Both the position numbers and the translations under genes were made by a program. 64,000 nt of DNA from Lentisphaeria bacterium. GTDB lineage: Bacteria > Verrucomicrobiota > Lentisphaeria > JABSQK01. Positions 38,346 through 47,078 of this stretch are shown piece by piece; positions within the stretch are counted from its first letter, which is position 1, and every line of letters begins with the position of its first letter. A model generated the notes under the pieces. That model was not told where the DNA came from. It did not search any database and saw only the letters and a list, made by a program, of their open reading frames with translations. The stretch lies in assembly GCA_013215875.1 (NCBI GenBank), contig JABSQK010000021.1, forward strand, positions 477 through 64,476. The letters run 5' to 3'.

Positions 38346-40565
38346 TTATGAGTCTCTACTAATACTGGATGCGTTCGCCGTTATAGTCAGTGCCTGAAAT
38401 GCACACTTACCACAATAGCCGCGAGTATCCATGAGGTACTTCACCGTTGAATTAAGTTGGTCCTGCTCCTTTGAATGCACATTCGCAGCACTTGTTCCAC
38501 TTTTTATCCAACCAAGAAGTTTCATGTTCTCGCCCGATTTAAACTCGTTTTCAAAAACGTATTTCTTAATGGCATTTTGATAGGATGGTTCATCGCTAAG
38601 AAGTACCGCATAATTCACCGTGGCAATTGCATCGGACAATTCCTTACGAAAAACATCCTTCTCAGGAATACCAAGATATTGCTCGATGGTCTGCATGAAT
38701 TTTTCATCCGGCTTAACATCGGCCTGGGTCACTTCATGTTTTACAGTGGTACTATGAGCGTAGGCGCGCACATGGTCGGTATACTTTTTCCAGGTGCTTT
38801 CGACGATGCTGTCATCACGCAAGATAGCGGAATACACATCGGATGCGATCTGTCCAAAGATCCACGATTTCGCCTGTGGTAGAATTTTTTCTACATATAA
38901 TGAAAGCTTGCTTTTATTATTTGCGAATGATTCTTTAATGTTATTTTCGAGCCGCATGTATAGGTCGAGCGGTGTCACACAGGGGTTCTTCAAGGCAATG
39001 GATGTAAGCATTGCTTCTTCCACTTCATTATTTTTTAACTGTTGAATATTTGCGGCATATTCATTAATTTGAAAATGTTCGGCATTTTCAAATGTGTTTT
39101 GAATGAAGCGCGGATCCAGACCAAATGTTCCCTCCGATGGCTTGATGTAATCAAACTCTTCGATGATTGCTTTCGCCATATTGTTATCCACACCACTGTC
39201 CGAACGTCCGGCATAAATCAGCGCTTTTTGCAGCAATGATAAATTGGGATTGCGTTTTGATTCATATAGGCGCGACATGCAGGCACTCAAACTTAGAAGT
39301 TCGATACTGTGCGGTGCGACATGCGCCAGGTGTTTGCGCTCGTCATGCCAGTTACGCTGCTGGTTCGAATAGGTAAAGGTGTAGATTTTTTCCTCTTCCT
39401 TAAAATTAACGGAGAGCGGCATTTCAATAAAATTGGTTCGTGAACGCAGTGCTTCAAAACTGTTATTGTTTTGGAACATGTTGTATTCATGGAAATTTGT
39501 ATGCCCAATGATGACACCATTGAACGGTATGGGTGGCTGCCCTTCCGGTTTAAAGAAACGATCCTGGGTGGCAAAGAGAAGTTCGTAAAGGAACTTGTCT
39601 GACAACTTGAGAATTTCGTGAATCTCAACCAGGCCATTGGCACCGGCACAAAGCTCTCCCTTGTAATCATGCACCAGTGGATGCGACTCGCTGCCAAATC
39701 GTGGTAGCAAGGAATAGTCCACATTACCAACCAGCGAACCGGCCTCTTGCGATTTTTCATCCCGCGGCGTATAGGACCCTATACCCGTTTTTGTACGCGC
39801 ATCGAAAACCATGCGCTTCACTTTTACATAAGACAAACATTCTTTAAGGTTTATGCCCTTGCTTTGCATAAATTCTTTGAGGACAAGGGTGGCAAATGGC
39901 GAAATTAAACCCTCGATCTTCACTTTAAACTCCTGGTCATAATGGGTATTTTTTTCGAGAAATTCTGCGACTGCTGCTTCATCAAGATTTTTATTTATTT
40001 CATCTGCAAACGCCTCGCGCAGGTCTTCGGGGATAATTTGCAGAGGCCGCTCAAATAGTGGTGCCTGCAGGTAATATATACCATCCTCGGTAAATAGTGC
40101 CCGGTCTTTGAGGCGCTCATCTATCGTTGGCAATAAGAGCGTATAGGTTTTGCCTTCATCCGAATTACTGTATCTGTTGAGGCCCCCTTTAATCCCGTCC
40201 ATGGACCGCGATTTTGCCGAGCCCGGAGGACCCAGTAAAATCCATAAGCGCTTGGATGCTTCCATGCCGCGACTGGCATTATCAATCTTCTCCACCAGAT
40301 TTTGCTTCGCTTTTTGCTGGCCGAAAACGATGTTCTTTTTTACCAAAGACGCATCTTCAAAAAAATTGTATTTATGTATGACCGGCTTACCTGGAATAAT
40401 CGTATGCTCAACACCGGAAGACAACAACATATCATGCAGCAATTGCATCGAGTTGCGGGTGATCCAGGGTTCTTTTTTTACGAGTTCGAGGTAGTCAAGA
40501 AATGTGAGTATTTCGTTATTTTGGGCACTTAAGTCAGTGTCCAGTAGGTCCACTATAGAAGACAT
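38346..40565 (-). CDS. prkA: PrkA/YeaG-family serine protein kinase / AAA+ protein
   Basis: The core matches YeaG (…CAGANGLVEIHEILK…LLFATQDRFF…PFNGVIIGHTNFHEY…EALRSRTNFIEMP). Walker A is the variant GPPGSAKS. Start chosen at ATG 40565, which lies 6 nt after GGGAGG. The ORF-track start at 40604 is 13 codons upstream. Confidence 0.85.
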   Translation of the reverse strand: MSSIVDLLDTDLSAQNNEILTFLDYLELVKKEPWITRNSMQLLHDMLLSSGVEHTIIPGKPVIHKYNFFEDASLVKKNIVFGQQKAKQNLVEKIDNASRGMEASKRLWILLGPPGSAKSRSMDGIKGGLNRYSNSDEGKTYTLLLPTIDERLKDRALFTEDGIYYLQAPLFERPLQIIPEDLREAFADEINKNLDEAAVAEFLEKNTHYDQEFKVKIEGLISPFATLVLKEFMQSKGINLKECLSYVKVKRMVFDARTKTGIGSYTPRDEKSQEAGSLVGNVDYSLLPRFGSESHPLVHDYKGELCAGANGLVEIHEILKLSDKFLYELLFATQDRFFKPEGQPPIPFNGVIIGHTNFHEYNMFQNNNSFEALRSRTNFIEMPLSVNFKEEEKIYTFTYSNQQRNWHDERKHLAHVAPHSIELLSLSACMSRLYESKRNPNLSLLQKALIYAGRSDSGVDNNMAKAIIEEFDYIKPSEGTFGLDPRFIQNTFENAEHFQINEYAANIQQLKNNEVEEAMLTSIALKNPCVTPLDLYMRLENNIKESFANNKSKLSLYVEKILPQAKSWIFGQIASDVYSAILRDDSIVESTWKKYTDHVRAYAHSTTVKHEVTQADVKPDEKFMQTIEQYLGIPEKDVFRKELSDAIATVNYAVLLSDEPSYQNAIKKYVFENEFKSGENMKLLGWIKSGTSAANVHSKEQDQLNSTVKYLMDTRGYCGKCAFQALTITANASSISRDS

Positions 40566-40693
40566 ATTCAGCCTCCCTTCTAAGTTATGAAGTTGCACAC
40601 TCATCTATTTAGATGCGGGAAAGCTACCCAGCGATTCACCGAATCGTGCAATTTCTGTTCCACTTGCAGGCTTTTCAGCTAATGACTTGTTCC

Positions 40694-40709
40694 TGCATAT
40701 TCTGTGCCA
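40694..40709 (-). promoter_or_regulatory. candidate sigma54 (-24/-12) promoter for the prkA operon
   Basis: The minus strand reads TGGCACAGAATATGCA, with GG and GC at the consensus spacing of TGGCAC-N5-TTGCA. About 130 nt upstream of the prkA start. Confidence 0.4.
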
Positions 40710-41091
40710 ACTTAAAATGAAAGCGACTGCTGGCCTCATTTAGACCTGTTTCCATTCCATCAAGTACAGCAAAGACCTATGCCGGACTGCCCACTATTAC
40801 CTATAGCAGGAAATTTTTCAAATGTAAGAATTTTTCAAAAAAAGTCCCCGATTAGCTATATGCCCTTTGCATATAGTATATGAAATTAAGGTCTATAAAT
40901 CAATAAAAAAACGTATCTGTGTGGTCGCAAAGCGCCAATCATCATGCGATTGCGATGACGAAGAAGACTGAGGAAAGAACCTTGCCCCGTATGGGCTTAT
41001 AGAGTACTCGTTCTTAGACAAGAATTTGACTTGTTATTGTTCACGAATAAATTTACGCATAGAGATTTACTAACGGGCACCGAGGAAAGCT

Positions 41092-42108
41092 ATGAAAACC
41101 CAGGTACTTACCCAGATTCGTTCAATGGAAATGCAAGAGCAGGATACACCTGTAATTCAAAAGGCAGATGATGTCTTATTGCAGGTAGACATGGTCGGAG
41201 TTTGCGGCTCTGATATGCATTATTATCGCAATGGCAATATTGGTGCTCAGGTGATGGAATTCCCCTTCGCTCTTGGGCACGAATGCGTCGCGACCGTCTT
41301 AGATGCCGGCGATGCTGTTTCGTTGCGGCCTGGCGATCGTGTCGCTGTCGATCCTGCTGTATCTTGCAGGCAATGCGATCAGTGTTTGTCTGGTCGTGAG
41401 CATACCTGTCGCAATCTGGTTTTTATGGGGTGCCCCGGGCAGCTTCCCGGATGCCTCAGCGAATATTATGTCATGCCTGAGCGCTCGCTATACCAGGTAG
41501 CGGATACAGTAAGTGATGAGGATGCCGCTCTGGTTGAACCCCTGTCTGTGGCCGCATATACCATTCAACAGGCAAGCCTGTCTTCTGGAGATAAAATTGC
41601 TATTCTCGGCGCCGGTCCGATTGGCCTGGCCGTCGCACTTGCTGCCATCGCAGAGGGACATGCCATTGAACTCATCAGCGATCTTCTTGATTACCGGCTT
41701 GAGGTCGCCAAAACTCTTTCTACGCACGCATTAAAAGCGAATGAGCTGGACACTTTTTTCGGTCAATTCGATGTGGTTATCGAATGCTGCGGGCAGCAAT
41801 CTGCTCTGGATGAGGGCTGCAGACTCCTCGCGCCAGGGGGAAAACTGCTGATTGTCGGCATTGTTGAGGACATGCGTATCAGCTTTATGCCGGATATCCT
41901 CCGCCGGCAGGAATTAAGCATCATCAATATTCGCAGGCAAAATAACTGCATGCTACAGGCAATAAGTCTGTTGACAAATGATTCGATTGATTTGGCTATT
42001 TTGAAAACCCATGTATTTGATTTTTCACAAAGCAGAGAAGCCTTCGATTTAGTTGATAATTATGCAGATGGTGTTATTAAAGCTTTTATAAGAGTAGGTG
42101 AACAATGA
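41092..42108 (+). CDS. zinc-dependent medium-chain alcohol/polyol dehydrogenase
   Basis: 338 aa with GVCGSDMHYY, GHECVATV, the structural-Zn cysteines CRQCDQCLSGREHTC and GAGPIGL. Confidence 0.85.
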   Translation: MKTQVLTQIRSMEMQEQDTPVIQKADDVLLQVDMVGVCGSDMHYYRNGNIGAQVMEFPFALGHECVATVLDAGDAVSLRPGDRVAVDPAVSCRQCDQCLSGREHTCRNLVFMGCPGQLPGCLSEYYVMPERSLYQVADTVSDEDAALVEPLSVAAYTIQQASLSSGDKIAILGAGPIGLAVALAAIAEGHAIELISDLLDYRLEVAKTLSTHALKANELDTFFGQFDVVIECCGQQSALDEGCRLLAPGGKLLIVGIVEDMRISFMPDILRRQELSIINIRRQNNCMLQAISLLTNDSIDLAILKTHVFDFSQSREAFDLVDNYADGVIKAFIRVGEQ

Positions 42109-43634
42109 GCGAAGACGAAGACTTTGGTAGCGGAATAAGGCCGGAAAAGCCGCAGAAAATTGACCGCACTGCCAAGATGATCTTTCACGATGAAAAAAAA
42201 GATTACTGGTTTCGGCCTAAAAAACGTGACAAGATAGAAGAAACACATGAAGACTTCGGTGAAGATACCGAAGACATTAAGCTCGACCTATTTCTTGAAG
42301 AAATGGAAGACCTGCTCGATCCGAATACCACTGTTCACATTTCCGATGAACAACCCGACTGGACGGGTACAGTTGAAATTGCCGAACGCAGCCAATTGAC
42401 TGCGCAAAATGAGATCGAGGAAACAAAGGTCCCTGCAAGCGAGCAAAAGACCGAAACAATGAATTTAGCGCAAGCCGCAAAAGGCTTAAAAGAACCGACT
42501 GAGGAAGTTGACAATAAGAGTCGGGACTGGCTGAAACCCGCCAAAAGAAAGGTCACGGCTCTCAAACCTGAAACAGCCACTGCGGCTCCAAAAGACGGCT
42601 TTGACTCGCTGCTCGTTGTAGAGGCCAATGACAACTTTTTAGCCAAGGTTGTTAAACGCGGATTCAATGAATTATCCCACAACAATGTACGGGTTGAGGT
42701 CAGTTATTCATCGCTTAATTTTAAAGATGCACTGGCCATTGCCGGGCAACCCGGTGTAGCAAAATCCTACCCGCATGTGCCGGGTATAGATGCAGTTGGT
42801 ACGATTGTAGAAGCTAGCCATGAAGATTTTAAGAAAGGCGATAAAGTGCTTGTCACCGGCTACGACCTGGGTGTCAAAATATCCGGCGGGCACAGCCAGT
42901 TTGTTTCTGTGCCGGAAGACTGGATTGTGCCTTTGCCAGACGGACTCAGCTTCAAAGAGGCAATGATCTATGGCACTGCAGGACTGACAGCAGGATTATG
43001 CGTAAATGAAATTATTAAACACGGTACATCGATGCATCGCCCCATTCTTATCACGGGTGCCAGCGGTGGTGTGGGCATGCTCTGCACGGCAATACTATCT
43101 AAACTGGGCTACCAGGTAACAGCTGCGAGCCGCAAGGAAAAAGAATTCGAGACCCTCAAAAGCATGGGCGCCCATGAGGTTATTCACAGTGAAGAAATAC
43201 TCTTCGAGTCCCAGTATGCACTCATGCCGCAAAAATGGGGTGCGGCCATCGATACTCTCGGCAGCCTTTACTTGGAAGCAGCTCTGAAGGGAGCAACCTA
43301 TGGCAGTCTGGTCTGCTCATGCGGGCTGGCCTATGATTCGGCCTTAGATATAAATGTATTCCCATTTATTTTACGCTCCGTTACACTCACAGGCATCGAC
43401 TCTGTTCGTACAGATATGGACGTGCGCAAGGCGATCTGGGAAAAATTGGCAACGGATTGGAAACCTGAAACCCTCGATGAAATTTCCACGGAAATTCATT
43501 TAGAGGACGTCCCTGAGTATGCCTATAACATGCTCGAAGGCAAGCTCATGGGTCGCACCGTAATTAACCTCAAACGGTCCGTCTCAGATGCACTACACGA
43601 CTTACTTGATCATGAAGATGATGATGATGCATAA
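42105..43634 (+). CDS. YhdH/AcuI-type MDR quinone/enoyl reductase with an acidic N-terminal extension of about 165 aa
   Basis: 509 aa. The core is VEVSYSSLNFKDALAIAGQPGVAKSYPHVPGIDAVG…ITGASGGVG. ATGA overlap with the ADH gene. C-terminal tail is HEDDDDA. Confidence 0.75.
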   Translation: MSEDEDFGSGIRPEKPQKIDRTAKMIFHDEKKDYWFRPKKRDKIEETHEDFGEDTEDIKLDLFLEEMEDLLDPNTTVHISDEQPDWTGTVEIAERSQLTAQNEIEETKVPASEQKTETMNLAQAAKGLKEPTEEVDNKSRDWLKPAKRKVTALKPETATAAPKDGFDSLLVVEANDNFLAKVVKRGFNELSHNNVRVEVSYSSLNFKDALAIAGQPGVAKSYPHVPGIDAVGTIVEASHEDFKKGDKVLVTGYDLGVKISGGHSQFVSVPEDWIVPLPDGLSFKEAMIYGTAGLTAGLCVNEIIKHGTSMHRPILITGASGGVGMLCTAILSKLGYQVTAASRKEKEFETLKSMGAHEVIHSEEILFESQYALMPQKWGAAIDTLGSLYLEAALKGATYGSLVCSCGLAYDSALDINVFPFILRSVTLTGIDSVRTDMDVRKAIWEKLATDWKPETLDEISTEIHLEDVPEYAYNMLEGKLMGRTVINLKRSVSDALHDLLDHEDDDDA

Positions 43635-43753
43635 GCTCAAAGAAATGGCTACTGAAACAGGCCCTGTGGTTTGCTGAGTTTGAGTCTTTTCTCAAAAAAA
43701 TCGCTCCAAACATAGATTCCAACTAAAAAGGGTCTCTTGATGCGACTCTTGGA

Positions 43754-43826
43754 CGTGCATTTACTTCTAAAACCACTGGCGAGAATGAACCGTGCATTTA
43801 CTTCTAAAACCACTGGCGAGAATGAA
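43754..43826. repeat. 37-bp tandem direct repeat x2 in the gap between the two paralogs
   Basis: CGTGCATTTACTTCTAAAACCACTGGCGAGAATGAA(C) occurs twice back to back. GCTGAGTTTG also occurs on both sides (about 43673 and 43829). Confidence 0.85.
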
Positions 43827-43924
43827 AGCTGAGTTTGGGCGAGATGACTTTTAATTTTTTTGGCATATAATTTGCGCAAAGAATTGGACGAAATAACAAA
43901 AGTTAACTGGATAATTATAAAGCA

Positions 43925-45340
43925 GTGAAAGCAGAAGAGAACAGTGACAAGACAAAAACTGTACCTATAAACTTGACATCCAAGATGCTTTTTCAAGAGG
44001 ACGGATCAGACTTTTGGTCGAGGCCTAATGATAAACGCCAAAAACCTAACGAGTCATTTGACCAGGGGACCATAGAAATGGGTATGGCTGAGTTTCGCAA
44101 GGAACAAAGCCCCGATCACGACCCGATTGCAGAGCTTGAATCAACCGTTGAAGGGTCTGAAACTCAACGTAACCGGGTATCCACAACCATTGAAATTGCC
44201 GAGCGCCAGCATTCTTCAACAAGCGATATTGGCGATGAGACGATTCAGTATGCCGAATCGAGACACTCGAAACAAAATACTGAACCAACTTTGGAAATTG
44301 ATTTTTCAAAAATTGATGGCTGGATGCAGTCTGAGAAGAAAAAAACTGGCGACTCATCGGATCAATTCAAATCCTTGCTTGTGGTCGAAGAAAAAGAGCA
44401 TTTTCTGGCTCAAGTTGTTAGCCGCGACATGGATGAATTGCCCGTTAACAATGTACGAATCAAGGTTGAATATTCCTCATTAAATTATAAAGATGCGTTG
44501 GCGATTGCCGGACAACCCGGTGTTGCAAAGTCCTATCCACATGTGCCTGGAATCGATGCTGCCGGAGTGGTGGAGGACGACCCTAACGGAAATTTTCAAA
44601 AAGGAGATCGGGTCATTGTTACTGGCTTCGACCTGGGTGTGGGAATCTCTGGCGGGCTCAGTGAGTATATCTGTGTACCTGAAGACTGGGTTGTGCCAAT
44701 GCCTGAAAAAATGACCAGTCGAGATGCCATGATGTATGGCACTGCGGGGCTTACCGCTGGCTTGTGTGTCGACCTGATTATTAAACATGGTGTATCGAAG
44801 CATCATCCCATCCTTGTTACTGGTGCCAGTGGTGGTGTCGGCATGCTTAGCATAACGATATTGAGTAAACTGGGCTACAAAGTGACTGCTGCCAGCCGCA
44901 AAGAAAACGAGTTCGACTATTTAATAGAAATGGGTGCTTCAGAAACCGTGCACAGCGACCGAATTCTTCTCGATTCCCAATATGCCTTGATGCAACAACA
45001 ATGGGGCGCGGTCATCGATACCCTCGGCGGCGTATTTCTGGAAGCAGCCATCAAGGGCACGAACTACGGCGGTCTGGTTTGTTCATGCGGCCTGGCATAT
45101 GATTCCGGCTTAAATATAAATGTCTTTCCATTTATTCTGCGGGCTGTTTTGCTGCAAGGGATTGATACCGTGCGAACCGATATGAAACTGCGCAAACGAA
45201 TCTGGAAAAAACTGGCAAATAAGTGGAAGCCCGACAATCTGGAAGAGATGGTCCGGGAAATAGAATTAAGCGATGTACCCCATGCAGCCTTTGACATGCT
45301 CGAAGGCAAACACAAAGGGCGTACAATCGTCGCCCTATAA
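43925..45340 (+). CDS. YhdH/AcuI-type MDR reductase paralog with a related N-terminal extension
   Basis: 471 aa, GTG start. The alternative ATG at 43985 would remove the conserved TSKM context. The core is about 70-80% identical by eye to the upstream paralog (IKVEYSSLNYKDALAIAGQPGVAKSYPHVPGIDAAG). Confidence 0.75.
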   Translation: MKAEENSDKTKTVPINLTSKMLFQEDGSDFWSRPNDKRQKPNESFDQGTIEMGMAEFRKEQSPDHDPIAELESTVEGSETQRNRVSTTIEIAERQHSSTSDIGDETIQYAESRHSKQNTEPTLEIDFSKIDGWMQSEKKKTGDSSDQFKSLLVVEEKEHFLAQVVSRDMDELPVNNVRIKVEYSSLNYKDALAIAGQPGVAKSYPHVPGIDAAGVVEDDPNGNFQKGDRVIVTGFDLGVGISGGLSEYICVPEDWVVPMPEKMTSRDAMMYGTAGLTAGLCVDLIIKHGVSKHHPILVTGASGGVGMLSITILSKLGYKVTAASRKENEFDYLIEMGASETVHSDRILLDSQYALMQQQWGAVIDTLGGVFLEAAIKGTNYGGLVCSCGLAYDSGLNINVFPFILRAVLLQGIDTVRTDMKLRKRIWKKLANKWKPDNLEEMVREIELSDVPHAAFDMLEGKHKGRTIVAL

Positions 45341-45436
45341 GACCATCACGTCCCCCCTGAATCTGATTCGTAAACCCATTTCATAAAATCAACGAATAAA
45401 CTTGGCAAGATGCCTATAAACAAATAGATTAGCTGC

Positions 45437-46003
45437 ATGACATATTTACACAGACTCTTTTTTTTAGCGGCCCTTCTTTGCTGCGTAAACGGCAGTGCCG
45501 GTACACATCAATTGCGCATCGAAACAGTCGACAATAAGACAATTGAAGGGCTTTACCTGAATTATACGAAAGACAAGGCTTACCTCATCAAAGTAGGTAA
45601 GCACATCACCAAAATTCCTCTGAACAAAATCAAGCAAATTAAATACCTAAGCTACTCGAATAAAAATGTCGTCTTTTTAAGTACTCAAAAAAGTACGAAC
45701 TACTGGGAACTTGCAATTAAGCTGGCCCGAGAGGATATAAAAAATAACCGCTCTAAAAACAATATGATCAACGACGACGCTCAGAATAAGATCCTTGATC
45801 TCGCCCTAAAAAATAAAGCCTTGCAGGAAATACTTGAAGATCCCGAAATCGTCAAGGCTATGGAAGAAGAGAATTATTTAAAATTGTTGACCAATCCCAA
45901 ATTATTGAAACTCGCAAAAGATCCTGACTTTCAGAAGTTGATGGGCGATATACTCAGCGGCAAATACAAAAAGAAGAAAGACGAAAATGAAACTCCGAAA
46001 TAG
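45437..46003 (+). CDS. hypothetical secreted protein with helical DP/STI1-like repeats at the C-terminus
   Basis: 188 aa with signal peptide LFFLAALLCCVNGSAG. A small beta-rich N-domain is followed by repeated ..DPE/NPK..L motifs and a Lys-rich tail. Confidence 0.5.
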   Translation: MTYLHRLFFLAALLCCVNGSAGTHQLRIETVDNKTIEGLYLNYTKDKAYLIKVGKHITKIPLNKIKQIKYLSYSNKNVVFLSTQKSTNYWELAIKLAREDIKNNRSKNNMINDDAQNKILDLALKNKALQEILEDPEIVKAMEEENYLKLLTNPKLLKLAKDPDFQKLMGDILSGKYKKKKDENETPK

Positions 46004-47078
46004 TCACCTGGCCTATTGCCAGAATGTGCATAAGTCCGCAAGTTTAGACGATGTGTTAAACAACATCCGCAATTATACCGTGCCCATACGTCAGCAGATA
46101 AATAGCAGCGACGCATTTGGCCTGGGTCTGTGGTTCCCGCACAGTTGTATTGACGAGCTCAAGAATTCCGCCGATGCCCTCACCGAGCTCTGTGCCAAAG
46201 AAAACATGTACCTCTTCACCATCAATGGCTTTCCCTATGGGCCATTCCATGAACTCTCTGTAAAAGAAAAAGTGTATACCCCCGACTGGGGCGACGATGC
46301 CCGACTCGACTACACAAAAAGCCTCATGGATATTCTCGTCCAATGCCTGCCCGATGGCATTGAAGGCTCCATCAGCACTGTGCCGGTTACCTATCAAAAG
46401 CGGCAACCCGAAAATGCCATCGCAAACCTCTTGTCCGTGGCGCGCTATGCCGCAGAGCTCGAAGCTCAGTTTGGTAAAACGATAAAAATTGCCCTTGAGC
46501 CGGAGCCGGATTGTTTTCTCGAAAATACCGAGGAAAGCATCGCATTTTTCAAAAAACTCAAGCGCGTCGATTCCCAATTAACAAAATATCTCGGTATCTG
46601 TTACGATACCTGCCACCTCTCTTTGCAAAATGAAAACCTTGCGGATGCCTATGAAAAACTAAAAGATGCCGGCATCGACGTACCCAAGATACAAATTTCC
46701 GCAGCCATCGATTTAAACAATACCGGCACCGAAGCAAAACATTTTCTCACGGCCTATGATGAGCCCGTCTATCTGCATCAGACACGTATTTATGTGGGCG
46801 ATATTTGCATCGCAAATTATCCGGACCTCGGCCCGGCGCTAGAGGCAAATCTCAACGGCCGCTGGCTGGTTCATTTTCATGTACCACTGCCCTTCGAAGG
46901 CAACGATGAAATGCGCTCAACAAGTCACTACATAACAGATAAATTTCTAGATCTTATTTTTGAGCACAGCCCGAACATTGAAATAGAGACCTATACATTC
47001 GACGTACTGCCAGACCCAAAACCCGAACTCATCGATTCTATTTGCAGTGAGTACAAATGGGTCATGGAGCGACTTTAA
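45987..47078 (+). CDS. xylose-isomerase-like TIM-barrel protein, EboE-like
   Basis: 363 aa. HLAYCQNVH, LYLFTINGFPYGPFH, VKEKVYTPDW and GSISTVPVTY resemble the EboE family. Overlaps the upstream gene by 17 nt and the downstream gene in TAATG. Confidence 0.55.
   Translation: MKLRNSHLAYCQNVHKSASLDDVLNNIRNYTVPIRQQINSSDAFGLGLWFPHSCIDELKNSADALTELCAKENMYLFTINGFPYGPFHELSVKEKVYTPDWGDDARLDYTKSLMDILVQCLPDGIEGSISTVPVTYQKRQPENAIANLLSVARYAAELEAQFGKTIKIALEPEPDCFLENTEESIAFFKKLKRVDSQLTKYLGICYDTCHLSLQNENLADAYEKLKDAGIDVPKIQISAAIDLNNTGTEAKHFLTAYDEPVYLHQTRIYVGDICIANYPDLGPALEANLNGRWLVHFHVPLPFEGNDEMRSTSHYITDKFLDLIFEHSPNIEIETYTFDVLPDPKPELIDSICSEYKWVMERL

Noticed and set aside
43649-43996. 115-aa minus-strand ORF between the reductase paralogs.
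   Set aside because: It spans the 37-bp tandem repeat and the start of the downstream paralog. Composition is hydrophobic and Cys-rich. There is no support for it as a gene.
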